Assembly (NCBI GenBank): GCA_008632985.1
Contig: QPGO01000119.1
Coordinates: 124,001-188,000 of the forward strand
Direction: 5' to 3'
DNA length: 64,000 nucleotides
Source: Psammoneis japonica
Taxonomy: Eukaryota
Of the stretch, positions 1 through 12,699 are shown in pieces. The notes under the pieces were generated by a model. The model was not told the origin of the DNA. It did not search any database and saw only the letters and a program-made list of their open reading frames with translations. How positions within the stretch are numbered: the stretch's first letter is position 1; the number at the start of each line of letters is the position of its first letter. Both the position numbers and the translations under genes were made by a program.

Positions 1-537
1 TCTCTTGCAGAGTATTTGGAGCTCATTGGCGAGAGTGTCCCCGAGCCGACTGATCCTCCGCAGGTTACTGAACCCCCGCAAGTGACGGATCCTCCTCAAG
101 TTACCGATCCTCCTCAAGTGACGGACCCCCCTCAAGTTACCGACCCTCCTCAACTTACTGATCCGCCGCAGACGACCGATCCTCCTCAAGTTACCGACCC
201 TCCTCAGGTTACTGATCCTCCTCAAGTTACTGATCCCCCTCAGGCGACCGATCCTCCTGAGACTACCGACCCCCCTCAGGCGACCGATCCTCCTGAGACT
301 ACCGACCCCCCCCAGGCGACTGATCCTCCTCAAGTGACCGATCCGCCTCAGGTAACTGATCCTCCTCAGGCAACTGACGCTCCCGAAGCTACAAATCCTC
401 CGCAAGCCACGGATCCTCCGGTTGTAGACAACGGCAACCCCTCCCAATCAGAAGAGCCTCTTGATGACTCTGGAGCCAGTCTTCGTGGGTCTGTTCTTTT
501 GTCTACATTCGTACTAGTCATGGCGACTCTTGTGTAA
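1..537 (+). CDS. 3' part (gene starts before the window) of a mucin-like surface protein with TDPPQV repeats and a hydrophobic C-terminus, probably GPI-anchored
   Basis: Frame is open from base 1 (SLAEYLELIG...). About 20 TDPPQ(V/A/T) units, then DDSGAS and a hydrophobic tail. Paralog of the gene at 2154-3276 (shared AEYLE.I, TDPP and DDSG.S motifs). Confidence 0.85.
   Translation, partial: SLAEYLELIGESVPEPTDPPQVTEPPQVTDPPQVTDPPQVTDPPQVTDPPQLTDPPQTTDPPQVTDPPQVTDPPQVTDPPQATDPPETTDPPQATDPPETTDPPQATDPPQVTDPPQVTDPPQATDAPEATNPPQATDPPVVDNGNPSQSEEPLDDSGASLRGSVLLSTFVLVMATLV
49..420 (+). repeat. 18-bp coding minisatellite (ACN GAY CCN CCN CAR GTN)
   Basis: Tandem units visible directly, e.g. gttaccgatcctcctcaa / gttactgatcctcctcaa. 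Confidence 0.95.
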
Positions 538-919
538 ACGAAAATGGGGACCTTTTTTTTTTTAAAGTGGAGTCTAGCTGTTTTCACGCTTGCATGGCTT
601 TTATTTTATACTGGTGTCGATTCAAGTGCTACGTAATGAGAAATGTTTAGGCTAAGGCTTTTTATAATGCTGTCTTCTGGACTTGTCACACTTTGAGGCA
701 AACAACGCGTACTTGCATTCACTTGTGCCCAGAATGCCGCTTCTGGCAGTAGCCATGCTTTTTTGTATGTTGTGGACCAGCCGAGGGAGATAAAGGAGAG
801 AGAGCGTCGACCTTGCGCATCCTGAACGACCTGTCGAGCGATGAACAGTTCATACAAGAGCGTCGTAACTAGGCTGTTTATTGCATTCACCCGCAATCAA
901 CCACAAAAGGACTTGATAA

Positions 920-1960
920 ACTGCCAAACAGCCTGTGTGGAAAAGAGCTCTCAAACACTGAGCAGTCCACGTCTCCTGTGCTGCTCCAAATCTGATGATT
1001 GCAGCTGCTGCTGTGACTGGAAAAAATCCCATGCTGAGAATGTGACAACAGAAAACATCATTGGCAAAGGAACCACCACCAAATTGCAAAAGAGACAAAC
1101 ATTCATTCCACTGCTGGGGCACCACCATGCAAAGCACATGCAGTTGCTCTGTTTCCTTGATGGCCCTCGTTTTGTGTTGGACCCAGCACCCACTGTTGAA
1201 CAAAGTTGTGTTGAATCTGTTGTTGGGATTGAGGTGAGGATTGGGGGGAAGCTTCAGCCTTGTGGGTGGTGATGTGGCAAAAGGGGAGACACAGTTGGCT
1301 CCAACAAGGCTTTTGCTGTTGGCATGAGTGTTCTCCACTGCCGAGTTCTTGTTGGTGGAGCCGCCGTTGCCAGATGTGTTGAAAGGCAAACACGCTTGTG
1401 CAACCACCACACCAATGCTGCTCTGCTGCTGAGTGCAACCCCACACCCACAGGGGCTTGTTGTGACATCATTGAAAAATCCCCTTCGTGCACTCAAGCTT
1501 GGTGTGCGCAGCTGGCACTTTTTGGATGTCCGCTGCCTGGGCTTGGATGTGCAGCTTTTTCCTGCCAATGTTGCAGTGGCAAAACAAGCTCTGCTGGTGC
1601 TGCCTTTGGTGACATGACATGGTGATGAAAGATTTGAGTGAACAGTTTTTCACCCAGACATTGTGACACTCATCACAACTCTTTCGAGAGGTGCCGCGCA
1701 CCCTCGCCCAATGGCAAGTGTGTCTTTTCTTTTTGTGCTGAGCTTTCCGGTGGCTCCAGTTCTCAATCTTCCTGTGAACACATCTGAGTCTAGCTCCTGT
1801 CAATTTCTTCCTTCTTTCGCATTTCTTCTTCATTGTTTTTGGCAGCATTGCATCATTGAGCCTTCGGCGCATTCGAGAGCTGGAACTGGTCAATTGTTGG
1901 TTCTTCGTCCGAATGTCCGAATGCGATGTTCCCGTCCGCGGCAAAGATTCAAGCTGAATT
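920..1960 (-). pseudogene. Degenerate TpA/CpG-depleted segment; decayed gene or TE fragment of unknown type
   Basis: Essentially no TA between ~920 and ~1790. ORFs in all frames are rich in C/H/Q/W and lack Tyr. A long frame broken by stops runs on the minus strand (1944 to 850). No family recognised. Confidence 0.5.
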
Positions 1961-2153
1961 CATTATTTTTGTCACGAATGAATTGGAATCGCGGTTTTGT
2001 TCGGCTGGGTCGTGCCAAGCAAGAACGACACAAGCCATCGCGGATTTCATGAACACAAAAAGAACGAGAGCGACCACAACTACTAAAACTACCAATTGAG
2101 TTTATCATTTTGAATCTGCTCTCCCTACTTTATTTATCAAAGGAATCATCACA

Positions 2154-3276
2154 ATGAAAAAGGTTGTTCCATTCCTTTTCTTGCTCGCCGCGTCGACAAC
2201 AACAACAACTACAAAAGCTGTCGATTTGAGTGATATCTTTGGCATTAATTGTCTCGATACAAACGACGCAGACGAGCTATTTGCTTGTCTGGACCAAACC
2301 CTCAATGAATGGCTCGACAAAATGGGCGAAATGCTCAATTTGGATTGCTTGATGGAGGCCGGTCCTGACATGGACAAGCTCCGGGTCTGCGCCGAAGAAA
2401 CCGCCGTGAATCTCATGCAAACCTTGGGTGAAATTACCGGGATTGACTGTCTTGAAAATGGCGAGGACTTGCCCGCCATGGAAAAGTGTGCTAGAGAAGA
2501 ATTGAGAGAGTTGCGCCTTGCTTTGACACGACCGATACGGATGCGGTGATTGCATGTGCCAATGGAACCATTGACAACGTGTTTGGAATTATGGAGGAAG
2601 TGCCTCCCTGTGTCGAAGAATCCCTCGAGGCCATGGCGGCCTGTGCCAAGGAGAAAGCTGAGGAATGTGCCGAATCGTGTCAAGACCTTTCGTTTGCTCC
2701 TCTACAAGAATTGTCGTATACCGAAATGACGTGCTCGGCGCTTCAGTCGGGCATTTTGACTCCCATTTGTGCCGTAGCCTCGTGTTGCTCTCCATGTGTC
2801 AAGGCAATAGAAGATGTGGCCATGTGTATGACCAATAATGTTTTGAATCTGAATGAAGGTGACTGCAACTTGTTTTGCAGTGCTAATCGTCGTCTATTAG
2901 GCGATGGCTTCTTGCTCAAGAAGAAGAATCTGGGAAGTACTAGTGCCCTCAAGCGTGCCCTATCTGAAATAACGGATGAACCGGAGACACCCATTGTTCA
3001 TTGCGGAACCGATATTAAAGGAGAACGCCGTACGCTTGAAACGGTTGAAAACTTGTTGGATTGCTCCATGGCAGAGTACTTGGAGACGATTGAGCAGAAT
3101 GCGCCTCAAGTGACGGACGCGCCTGCGGCCACAGATCCACCAGCCGAGAACCCTCAAGCAACAAGTGCTCCCGCTTCTCCCGAAGGCAGTTCAACGCGTG
3201 ATGATTCTGGATCTAGTCGGGCTTCAGGTCCGCCTTGTTAGCAGTCGTCTTGGTCATAGCGGCTTCCTTTCTTTAG
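2154..3276 (+). CDS. Secreted Cys-rich, probably GPI-anchored surface protein; two apparent frameshifts (~2505, ~3228)
   Basis: Signal peptide MKKVVPFLFLLAAS and repeated C-x(8-10)-C helical units. ORF 2154-2549 continues in the frame of ORF 2546-3241 (VAPCFDTTDTDAVIAC). The hydrophobic tail SALLAVVLVIAASFL* is out of frame with that ORF and ends at 3276. Confidence 0.75.
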
Positions 3277-3632
3277 AATAATACAAAATTTGGGGTGGCC
3301 TTTGAAGACGCATACTAGATGATGTGATACAGTATGATTTTAAGAAGGTGTGTACTTATTTTCAGATTGAAATAGTTAGTGGTAGATCCATTTTCCGTGT
3401 CCGCAACTTAAATCGTCGAACAGCTTTTGCGCCGAAGTGACCAACTCTGTGCCCTCCATATAGCAAACTCGGCGTCCAAGCCAAACGTAAACACAAGACC
3501 TAACCGCACGGTCGGGCCAGTGACTGGACCAGCTCTGTGGAAACTGTGTGCTCCTGAAAAGAAAAACAACATACCAGGTTCGGTAGGGATGCTCCTCAGT
3601 GAAACTTTTTTTTTCTTGCTGAAAGCTGCGCG

Positions 3633-5438
3633 CTACTGCTGACGAAGCTCAAACACGCGGACGTAGCCAGGGCCGAGTCCCAGCGCGCCTCCTTGATTCG
3701 CACCAACAGCAAGAACGGGAGCATTAGCAGCCAGCGACAGAGCTGCGCCAAAATCATCCAAATCCCTGTCGCCCTTCAGGACTTGTCCGACTTGCATCCA
3801 CTGCTCGCTGTCTTCGTTAACTAGCTCATACACACGAACAACCCCTGTATTCTCAGCTGCGTTGCGCGAAACGCTACCCAAGGCAAAGAGCGAGCCGTCT
3901 GCCGACAAGGACAGTTCCTCGCCAATGTTGCCTGGGAATTCGACAGTGTTGCCAATTTGCGTCCATGTGCCGGCTACGAGTCTGAAGACGCGGGCTGAAG
4001 ATACAGTTCCCGTCAAGATGGCGATAGTGTCGCCATTACCTGAAAGCGAGATAGAGTGACCAGTCCGGTCATTCGGAGTGTCTCCAATGATGTCACTGCC
4101 GATTTTGTTCCAGCTACTCCCATCAAACTGAAAAACACGGACATGTCCAGGAGGAAATCCCCCAGAAGGATTTTGTGGACACCCTACTGCCAGGACGGTC
4201 CCATCTGATGACAATGATGACGCACGACAAAGATCACCCGGCTCCTTTCCACCAATGTCGGCACCTTGTTTAATCCAGGAATTTCCCACCAGTCCATATA
4301 CTCGAACATATTTAGAAGGGGCTGTGATTGCAATCGTCGAGCCGTCACCAGACATTTTGACAATGCCGGCGTAGTTCCACTCCGCATCTCCTAGGAAGGT
4401 TTCTCCAATTTGATTCCAGGAGTTTCCCGCTAGGTCTAATCGAAAAACTTGCACAGTCCCAGTGCCACTGCCACCTCCATGTGAAGCACCAACAGCTAAC
4501 ATTGAACCATCCGCCGACAATGAAACAGATCCGCCGAAAAACTCTTGAATCTCACTCCCAATCAAATCATTGCCAAGTTTAAAGAATCCTCCGCCAGCTC
4601 GTTTGTAGACACGGACACGGCCGGATCGATCACCATTATCATCGGCCCCTGGTGCTCCGACGGCAAGCACACTTCCATCCGCGCTCAAGGAAATCGACTC
4701 TCCAAACTCGTCATCCAATATGTCTCCAAGTATGTCTGTTCCAATCTGAGAAAATAATACCGGGACAGTAGGTGGGGGCGCTGGAGAACTTGTGGTGGGT
4801 TGCAAGGTCGGAGATGGCGTAGTAGGTTGCAACGTCGGAGACGGCGTCGGAAGTATTGTGGTTGGCTGCACCGTCGGAGTCCTAGTAGGTTCCAGTGTAG
4901 TTGGTGAAGCCGTTGGAGACCTTGTCGTCGGTTGCACCGTCAAAGGCGACGTAGGCGAAAGCGTAGCAGACGGTGTGGGCGATCCGGTCACGGGAGTGGT
5001 TGTGATAGGAGATTCTGTTGGGGATAAAGTCGGGGAAGGCGTGTCTGCTGGGCTCGTTGATGATGACGAAGCCGCAGGAGAATCATCAGTGCCTGATAAG
5101 GTCACTGCAAGAGTCACAACAAGACCAATTACGACTACCAAACCACCTCCGATCAACAACATACGGTTTCGGCGCTTGGACCACCACCTTCCTCCTTGGT
5201 CTGCCGGAACCACTTCTGCTGAAACAATGTCAGGTTCTTGGACGATATGAGCCGACACTACACGATGAGGATCCTCATTAGTTGGATCACTAGTAGAAGC
5301 AGACTCTGGTGACCCCGTGAACATGGTGTTGTCATCATCATCAGCGTTCGGGCGCCCTCCTTCCCTGAATGCACCCGGACCCCCCGCTGCGTCTACCCCG
5401 CGGTAGACTCGGTCGTCGGCCGCATAAGCCGAAGTCAT
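3633..5438 (-). CDS. Type II single-pass membrane protein: cytoplasmic N-terminus, TM, Pro/Thr/Ser stalk, FG-GAP-like beta-propeller
   Basis: 601-aa ORF. TM LLIGGGLVVVIGLVVTLAVTL, PT-rich stalk, repeats of W.Q.G..I.G....D.FG.S.SLS.DG..LAVGA. May extend to ATG 5641 through a frameshift near 5440. Confidence 0.9.
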   Translation of the reverse strand: MTSAYAADDRVYRGVDAAGGPGAFREGGRPNADDDDNTMFTGSPESASTSDPTNEDPHRVVSAHIVQEPDIVSAEVVPADQGGRWWSKRRNRMLLIGGGLVVVIGLVVTLAVTLSGTDDSPAASSSSTSPADTPSPTLSPTESPITTTPVTGSPTPSATLSPTSPLTVQPTTRSPTASPTTLEPTRTPTVQPTTILPTPSPTLQPTTPSPTLQPTTSSPAPPPTVPVLFSQIGTDILGDILDDEFGESISLSADGSVLAVGAPGADDNGDRSGRVRVYKRAGGGFFKLGNDLIGSEIQEFFGGSVSLSADGSMLAVGASHGGGSGTGTVQVFRLDLAGNSWNQIGETFLGDAEWNYAGIVKMSGDGSTIAITAPSKYVRVYGLVGNSWIKQGADIGGKEPGDLCRASSLSSDGTVLAVGCPQNPSGGFPPGHVRVFQFDGSSWNKIGSDIIGDTPNDRTGHSISLSGNGDTIAILTGTVSSARVFRLVAGTWTQIGNTVEFPGNIGEELSLSADGSLFALGSVSRNAAENTGVVRVYELVNEDSEQWMQVGQVLKGDRDLDDFGAALSLAANAPVLAVGANQGGALGLGPGYVRVFELRQQ

Positions 5439-7348
5439 GGCTTCTTCTCGGCCTCTCTCGAGTCATGAGGCACTGAAAGGTCCTCACCATCATGCTTCTT
5501 CTCTGGCTTGGGAGGGACGTCAGGCGGTGTGGGAGGAACTGAATCAGGAAAAAGCATCGGTTGATCTCCATCATCATCGACAAAGTCACCCGTGGTATGA
5601 GGATTCTTGTGTCTTCCTTGGACTGACTGATGCTTCTTCATGGTTTGTCTCGAATGTCTTCTTTTGTACTGCCGGTATGTTTGGAATGGATGTATATGGA
5701 TAGATACGATACAAATGAGTTGAGTTCGGATTTTGTGATCAACGAACGCGTGTTGCACGTCTGGGTTCTCGTAGCGCGAAACTCTGATGAAGAGCTTCGT
5801 GTGTCAGTCGTGCGCCTTCAAACTGGGTCGTGGATGAATCGTGTAAGAGACGTTGCCGCGATTGCGATGCATTTGGTGCTCGCTGCCTTCAATCAACTTC
5901 CTTAACACGTCTTCAATGGTTTGTGCAGAATATCGTAAGTCTCTTTGTGATCGTATATACTTTCAGCTCCCTAATCCAGAACCTGAACAAAGAGAGAGCT
6001 TTCTTTCGGCGTACCGCATAGTCTTTAGAAGTCATAGTAAATGTCATCATAACTACCTCTGTTTCTGGAAAACGGGCGGCACAGTTTGCAGAAAGGTGGA
6101 GCGTCTGAACCACGAAACGTGACGCAATCCAAGCAAACGGGGTTGACGCAAGCCTCACAAAACGTAATGCAAGAAAGACAAAATCTCTTCGTCACGTCAC
6201 CATCATATCTGCTGGTTTGACAGACGTAGCATTCATCGATGCAACCCTCACAGCAATCCGCCGAGCCCTCTTACATGTAGTCATGCATTGAAGGCAAACG
6301 TTTGATCGTGGTACTCACATATATTGTCACTACACACGCCTCCTTCTTTCTAACCGCGTTCGAGATGTACATGCTTCGACATCACATCTGACAATTCCTT
6401 CTTTCAAGTCATGTGCAATTCGTTCCTTTTCTCTTTCGTACTTCAAACCACGCAGCTTGTCAATGTCATACCGAATCTTTTTTGTTCCTCGGCGTTATCT
6501 TGGGCAGAAATTATTGCAACCCTCGCCATGATCTTCCAATTCGTTTGATTCTTCTGACGTTCCTCCTCTTTCAGTTCCACTCTTCTACAACGGCAAGCAT
6601 CCAGGAGTAAGCGCAAATCAAACATCTTCTTTTCAAAGCCTCTGAATTCATCGTGTTCGAATGCACCCTGAATTTCGTCCGTGGCTAAGTTGAATTCACG
6701 TCTTTTGTTGCGTCGCATCGTCCGTGACGCTCTTTTCGGATACGTCCTTCTCTTTACTCGTCATTTTCTGATTCTATAGGACCTTATAAACCAAATCCAT
6801 GTATTAGCACTGTTGATAGCAAGAGCTTAAGCTTTGTAAGGAGTAAGGCGGTGGCATATAAGTCGCTTCACCTTGCTGATTGGTGTTGCGAGTGAATGCA
6901 TGGCGGATAATAGATTCTTCACCCCGTATCTTTTCTTCGTACTGAACGCCTGTTGATTTCTACGTGAAAAAGATCCAGCGCAAAATCTCGAGGAAAGATC
7001 CGCAATGCAAATGTTCAAGAACAACTGTGCACCGTACTTCGCCGATGAAGCCTCGAGCCTCGAGCCTCGAGCGCGATTATAAGCCCTACGGTATCAGAGA
7101 TACATGGATTTGGATGCTTATCTATTGCATAGGAGCGTCTCGAGATTCTTATAATGGTTTGGAATCTTGATCTCATCACACTACTACATGGACACTAAAA
7201 CTAGGGCTACATAGAGACTTTTGCACGGTAACAATGGATGGATGTGGAGGGTCTTGGCATCGCAGCTAGGTTGCGCACCAATTGGCTCTTTGTTCTCGTT
7301 CCATTTTTGTAATGTCCGTTGACGTTCTCTTGAGTTAAAATTATGGTT

Positions 7349-9639
7349 CTAGTTATTTGGTAACGAGAAGGCATATGCGGACCCTGAATTCTCACCATTA
7401 ACGTCGCGCAAAAGTGCCGTGACCCCAACGACAGTTCCATTTGCCGTAACGAAAACGGACATTCCAAACCAATCACCCGCTGCCTGTCCGTTAATTGGAT
7501 CCCCCAAGTTGCTCCATTGTTGAAAATTTGAATCATATTGATATACTGTAACTTGACCTGCTTGTTTCCGCCGGTTGACTTGGTGCCATGGACTTCCAAC
7601 GCCACAACATTTCCATTTCCGCTCAATGACACTGACCAGCCAAACCAATCCCCTTCTTGTTTTGGTCGAAGCTTTTGACCACGCCGTCTCCACTTTGCTG
7701 TGGCACGGTCATATTCAAAAACTAAGGCGTATTCTGGTTTACCCAAATGCGCACCGGCTGCCATGAACCGACCCGAGTCATCAAGAGAAACAGACCAACC
7801 AAATTCGTCTTCACTACCAAGTCCTTCAATTGGGGTCCCCATTGCTTCCCAGAGATTTTTCGACAAATTGTATTCATATACTTGCACCTGACCATCATTC
7901 TGCCCATCATTGGTTCCACGACGTGCATCATGAAATGGTGCTCCAACTGCAACAATGGATCCCTCCAAATTCAAGGAAACTGACGTACCAAATTTATCAT
8001 TGGCGGCTCCACCCAGAAGAGGTTCTCCAAGATCATCCCAAGAACGACTTTCATTATTGTACGCAAACAATCTAACTGACCCAGAATTTTCGCCAACGCT
8101 GTCATCTCCTGTTGCTCCGGCTGCAAGAATGTCTCCCGCCCCAGACAATGACACCGAAATACCAAATTCGGCGTCTGCTCCTAGTCCAAAAATATCGTTG
8201 CCACGTTGGATCCAGTCGCCGGCGGTGGAATTGTATTCAAAAACAACAACCCGGCCTGCGTTGATTTCATCACTGAAGTTTACGTCCCCGCCTATAGCTA
8301 TAATTGAACCATCAGCATTTAGCGAGACGGACGGGCCAAACGAGTGGCTGTTTACTTGCCCCACCAAATCATTCCCAACGGACACCCACTTTTCTTTGGA
8401 CGGATTGTATCTAAGTATAGAAATGAAGCCAGGCTCGAATCTTTGATGCGCTGCCACGGCCATGACAGTTCCGTCTCGCGACATGGCAAGAGACCTGCCA
8501 AGCCTATCATAGGTATCGTTCCCGTGCAGAACTTGTCCCAACGGCTGATAAGGAACATTTGGAAGCAGAGGCTCTGGAGTTGTTGGAGCTCGCGTTGGCA
8601 TTCCTGTTGTTGGGCGGAGGCTTGGAGATCGCGTTGGTATTCTTGTTGTTGTTGGGTGGGGGCTTGAACCTCGAGATGGAAGCTGAGTTGTACTGCGAGT
8701 TGGAGCTTGCGTGGGAAACGAGGAAGGACGTTGCGTATCACGGCTACCATTATCACGGGACAAAATAACAGCCATCAACGCTGCAGCAGTAGTAGCAACG
8801 GCCACCAGTACAACTCCCAGCATAACATACCATTTGCGGTGCAGGCGTTTCTTTGAACTTTCCATATCGAAGGCATCAGCGCTTTCACTACTGCTTCTGT
8901 GTAGTTCCGTAGCAACAACTTGTTCAAGCTCAGCCACCAATTCGGCCTCGAGGAGGACAGTGCTGTTGTCGTTGCGTGCCGATGGGAGATCTGTTGACTG
9001 GACGGACCCAAGATCTGAGACCACGGTCTCATTGTCGTGATTGTCCCGAGCTCGAGGAATCACCCTGCCTCCTTGGCCAACTGCGACTGCGCCAATAAAT
9101 GTTGGGGTGATATCATCTTCTTCTTGAGGCGCCTCCTCCTCTCCCTCTCCGAACCTTGGAGGATTCAGTGGTGTCGTAACATCCGCATTGGGAGGAGGAT
9201 GTGTCTGGTGGTGTTCTTCAATAGCTCCTAGTCCTGTGTGTCCTTGAGCCTTTTGTCTTTTTCTCTCATCTTTCCATTTGTCACTGTGAGAGGATAACCG
9301 AGAACGGACGTATTTATTCCCTGAACTCGAGAATCCATCATTTGCTGTCACCCTCTCATTTTTTCCGACGTGTTCTACCCTTGGTTGTCTCTTTTTTCTT
9401 TTTCCAACTTTCTTCTTTCTCTTCTCCTCGCAGCTGATGCCCGACGGTAATTTACCGACCGCTCTCACTTCTTCAGACTCTCCTTTCACGGACTCGACCA
9501 TGTTCTTGTCGACTTGGGTCTCTTGTCGATTGCAGGCGTTCGTGGCGTTGCTCCCGCCCCGTGTCGTGCGTTGCTTGTCGTCGGCCCCGACGTCGGACGT
9601 CGAGGAGGCGGCTTTCTCGTGGTTGCGGCGTTGCTTCAT
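7349..9639 (-). CDS. Type II membrane beta-propeller (FG-GAP-like) protein; one frameshift near 7600
   Basis: ORF 7207-9663 gives the N-terminus, TM (WYVMLGVVLVAVATTAAALMAVIL), stalk and propeller repeats. The last repeats (VGSPWH..AGQVTVYQYD..GDWFGMSV..AYAFSLPNN*) lie in ORF 7349-7693. Confidence 0.85.
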
Positions 9640-9977
9640 TGTGATCGAGCAAGCAAGGTTCAATGACTATGAAATAGTGCGTGAAGATCCAGAGAGAAAG
9701 AGAGCGTGAAGATCAAGATGGACGCTAACGACTGTACTTTACACCCTATCTACAGTACACGCGAATGAAATCGTGATTAAAAGATGAGATCGCGGATCGG
9801 ACAAAATCACTTATTGATTTTCAACATTTATTAGTGGTCGAAACTATGTAAAAAAATTACCATTATTTATCATACGACTTATCCAGTTCGCGCTTCCAAT
9901 GGTCCTGTCGTGAGTCCCCCCCGCCCCACTCACTTCCACAAATCAACCTCATAAAGGAAGTCGAAGAGGTTCAAGAA

Positions 9978-12566
9978 ATGAAATCGCTTGCGAAGGGAAT
10001 ACTTTTACTCCTTGCCTGTGCCTGTAGTCAAGCAAAAGGTATGAAAATTGTGAGATTCACCAAAACTGATTGCCAGCACAGTACAGAAATGTTCCACTAT
10101 TCTCATCTTCATCCTTCCGCAACATGCATCAGTAGATAGCGTGACTTCGTTATCGCAAACAAGTAAAGGAAATCGAACGTTAGTTGAAAGCCGAGGCGCC
10201 TGTTGCATGCCAAATAGCCGTAGATGCAAGTACACCAAAGCTTCAAGGTGTGAAAAGAAGTTTCGTGGAACGTTTATTGGGAATGGTGTCGGATGCGATC
10301 GAGGAACGTGCCCTCCGCCTACAGGTGCGTGTTGCATTGCCACCACAGAACAATGCATGAACAGAAGTAAGAAACGTTGTGAGAATGAAGGAGGTGTATT
10401 CAAGGGGAACGGAACACCATGTAGATCTGTCTCCTGCAGAGTGAGGAATCCAACACCCGAAAAAAGCCCACCCCGCCTAAGTAAAGGACCCGGTGCATGT
10501 TGCACCCAAGATGGACAATGCTATGAAACCAACAACGAAAAGACTTGTTTTAATAATGCTGGCTACTTCCAAGGGAACGGCAGCACATGTAAAGGCAACA
10601 GCTGCCCGGAAAAGCAGGATTATCAGCCAGTTCAACCACGAGTTTTCGTCCTCCAGAGTTTCGTTTCGCTTCTCTCCCCTTTGTCTGGAGAAGAAGTCTT
10701 GTTACAAACCGGAACACCACAGAATGATGCGCTAAATTGGTTGGTCTTTGAAGCTTTGTCAACCGCAGGAACAAGCGAGGACGAGGAAATTCCGGAGCGA
10801 TATGCTCTCGCCGTACTATTCTTTTCGACGCAAGGACAAGGCACGTTTTGGAACTCGTATCGCAACTTTCTCTCAGAAGAACATGTTTGTGATTGGGCTT
10901 ATGTGCACTGCAATGGTGGCACAATAAACAAAATCATAATCCGTAAGTGTTTTGAAATGCAATGTCTTGAGTCCGGAGATTGTTTGTCGGTTCTAACAAA
11001 GGTCATGCTTGGAAAAACATCCAACGTTCCACAGCGAACAACAATTTGCACGGCACACTCCCCAAAGAGCTCAGCATCATGTCAGACCTGAAGTCCATCG
11101 AGATGGAGTATAACTTCCTCACGGGCACTATTCCTCAAGCTTTCGGTAACCTCACAAAGCTGGTGCGGTTCGATGTCAGTTTCAACTCAATGACTGGGTC
11201 GCTTCCGCCATCCCTATTTCGAATTCAGAGTCTTAAGAAGTTGAGGCTTGACGGAAACATCTTTTCCGGGTCATTACCATCCACGTTTGGAAGGTCTATA
11301 CTCGTACTTACATGCAGCGATTGCTCGCTGAGTGGCAAGATACCAGAATCCATCGGAGACCTGAGTGGTTTGTTGCACCTTGATCTATCGTATAATCGTT
11401 TCACGGGTAAAATTCCTTCCTTTCTTCGAAGCACCAAATTGACAAAGCTGATTCTTAAAGGGAACATGCTGACAGGTTCAATCCCAAAATCTATCGCAAC
11501 CTTAACTTCCTTGGGCATTATTGACATTAGGGAGAATTTTCTTTCTGGTACGGTACCGCGATTCAGTGGCACAGAATTGCTTGAGGTCAGGGCGAACGAA
11601 AACAATCTGACAGGTTCCCTTGACGATTTTTTCGATTCGTCTTCGGAGACGATTACTTGGGTGCGTTTCGAGGATAACCAGCTATGGGGCTCTGTTCCTG
11701 AAACAATTGGCAACTTTATCCATTTGGAAGAATTGGATTTGTCTAGGAACAAGCTCGTGGGAACAATCCCGCCCTCTATTGGCAACCTTAGAAACATTTC
11801 GACATTGGATCTCCATGACAATTCTTTAAACGGCCCTTTAACTTCTGAAATTGGGAACTTGTTGGATCTGGAAGCGCTCGATGTCGGCAGAAACTTCTTG
11901 ACGGGTGTAATCCCTCCATCGGTTACGACCTTGCCCTTGTTAAGCGTCCTGTTGTTGGATGGAAATTTCTTGAATGGAGAGATTCCGTCTTTTGTTTCCA
12001 AGAAGCTAGAACGTGTCTGGCTTGGGGAAAATGAACTGGATGGGTCGCTTCCATCGGAACTTGGGCGAATGGATAATCTTCGAAGCCTTGATTTGTCAAA
12101 CAATTTGTTGACGGGGTCGGTTCCCTCGGAGCTTGGAGGACTGGAATCTCTTACCAGCTTTGATTTGTCAAACAATGCTCTCACTGGGTCATTCCCAGCT
12201 ACCACGTCCAATTTTCATTTTCTTGGTGGGTGCTTTCTGACAAGAGCGAGTCTTTCGGTGTTTCTTGTTTCTTCAACACTATATGAACTTACAACATATC
12301 CTTTTGTTTCGAATGTTTTCTCGATTCTCGTAGACGAGCTTTACCTTTATGGAAATGATTTTGAAAACGATTTTGGCGATACCTTTTGTGCGCGACCACA
12401 CAGGGACATTGATGTATTCTTCTCGAATTGTTTGGATGATGCAGTGGACTGCCCATGTTGTTCTCGCTGCTGCAATCGCTTCGGAGACGGGTGTAAAGAC
12501 AACCCCCCTTCTTCACCAACACCCGTGCCATCATACACACCTCATGGTGATGGATACTTTGATTGA
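9978..12566 (+). CDS. Secreted LRR protein with three N-terminal GACC Cys-rich repeats; introns 10039-10132, 10943-11034 and probably 12226-12333
   Basis: Exon 1 MKSLAKGILLLLACACSQAK (signal peptide) splices in phase to ORF 10141. Diatom-type LRR N-cap (PQNDALNWL..ERYALAVLFFST..W..VCDW..V.C), plant-like LxxLxLxxNxLxGxIP repeats, C-cap CPCCSRCC. Confidence 0.88.
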
Positions 12567-12699
12567 TAATAGCAAAGTTCAAAGACGTGTCCTTTTAACA
12601 AACGACTTCTCTCTAGCTACTAGAGAGTTTCCTTTTCGACTGATGTTCGACTGTTCGACGTCCCGCTTTTATCTTCGAGGTCTGTACGGTAGTCTGCAC

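Noticed and set aside
49..420. CRISPR-like array
   Set aside because: Contiguous 18-bp coding repeats with synonymous variation and no spacers; eukaryotic context and no cas genes.
6443..6765. 91-aa minus-strand ORF (MRRNKRREF...)
   Set aside because: No recognisable domain and the upstream frame is broken; possibly a gene relic but unsupported.
7049..7072. (gcctcga)x3 short tandem repeat
   Set aside because: Too short and isolated to imply function.
11225..12211. 328-aa antisense ORF, and similar antisense ORFs over the propeller, HET-like and RBR genes
   Set aside because: Shadow frames of well-supported genes on the opposite strand.
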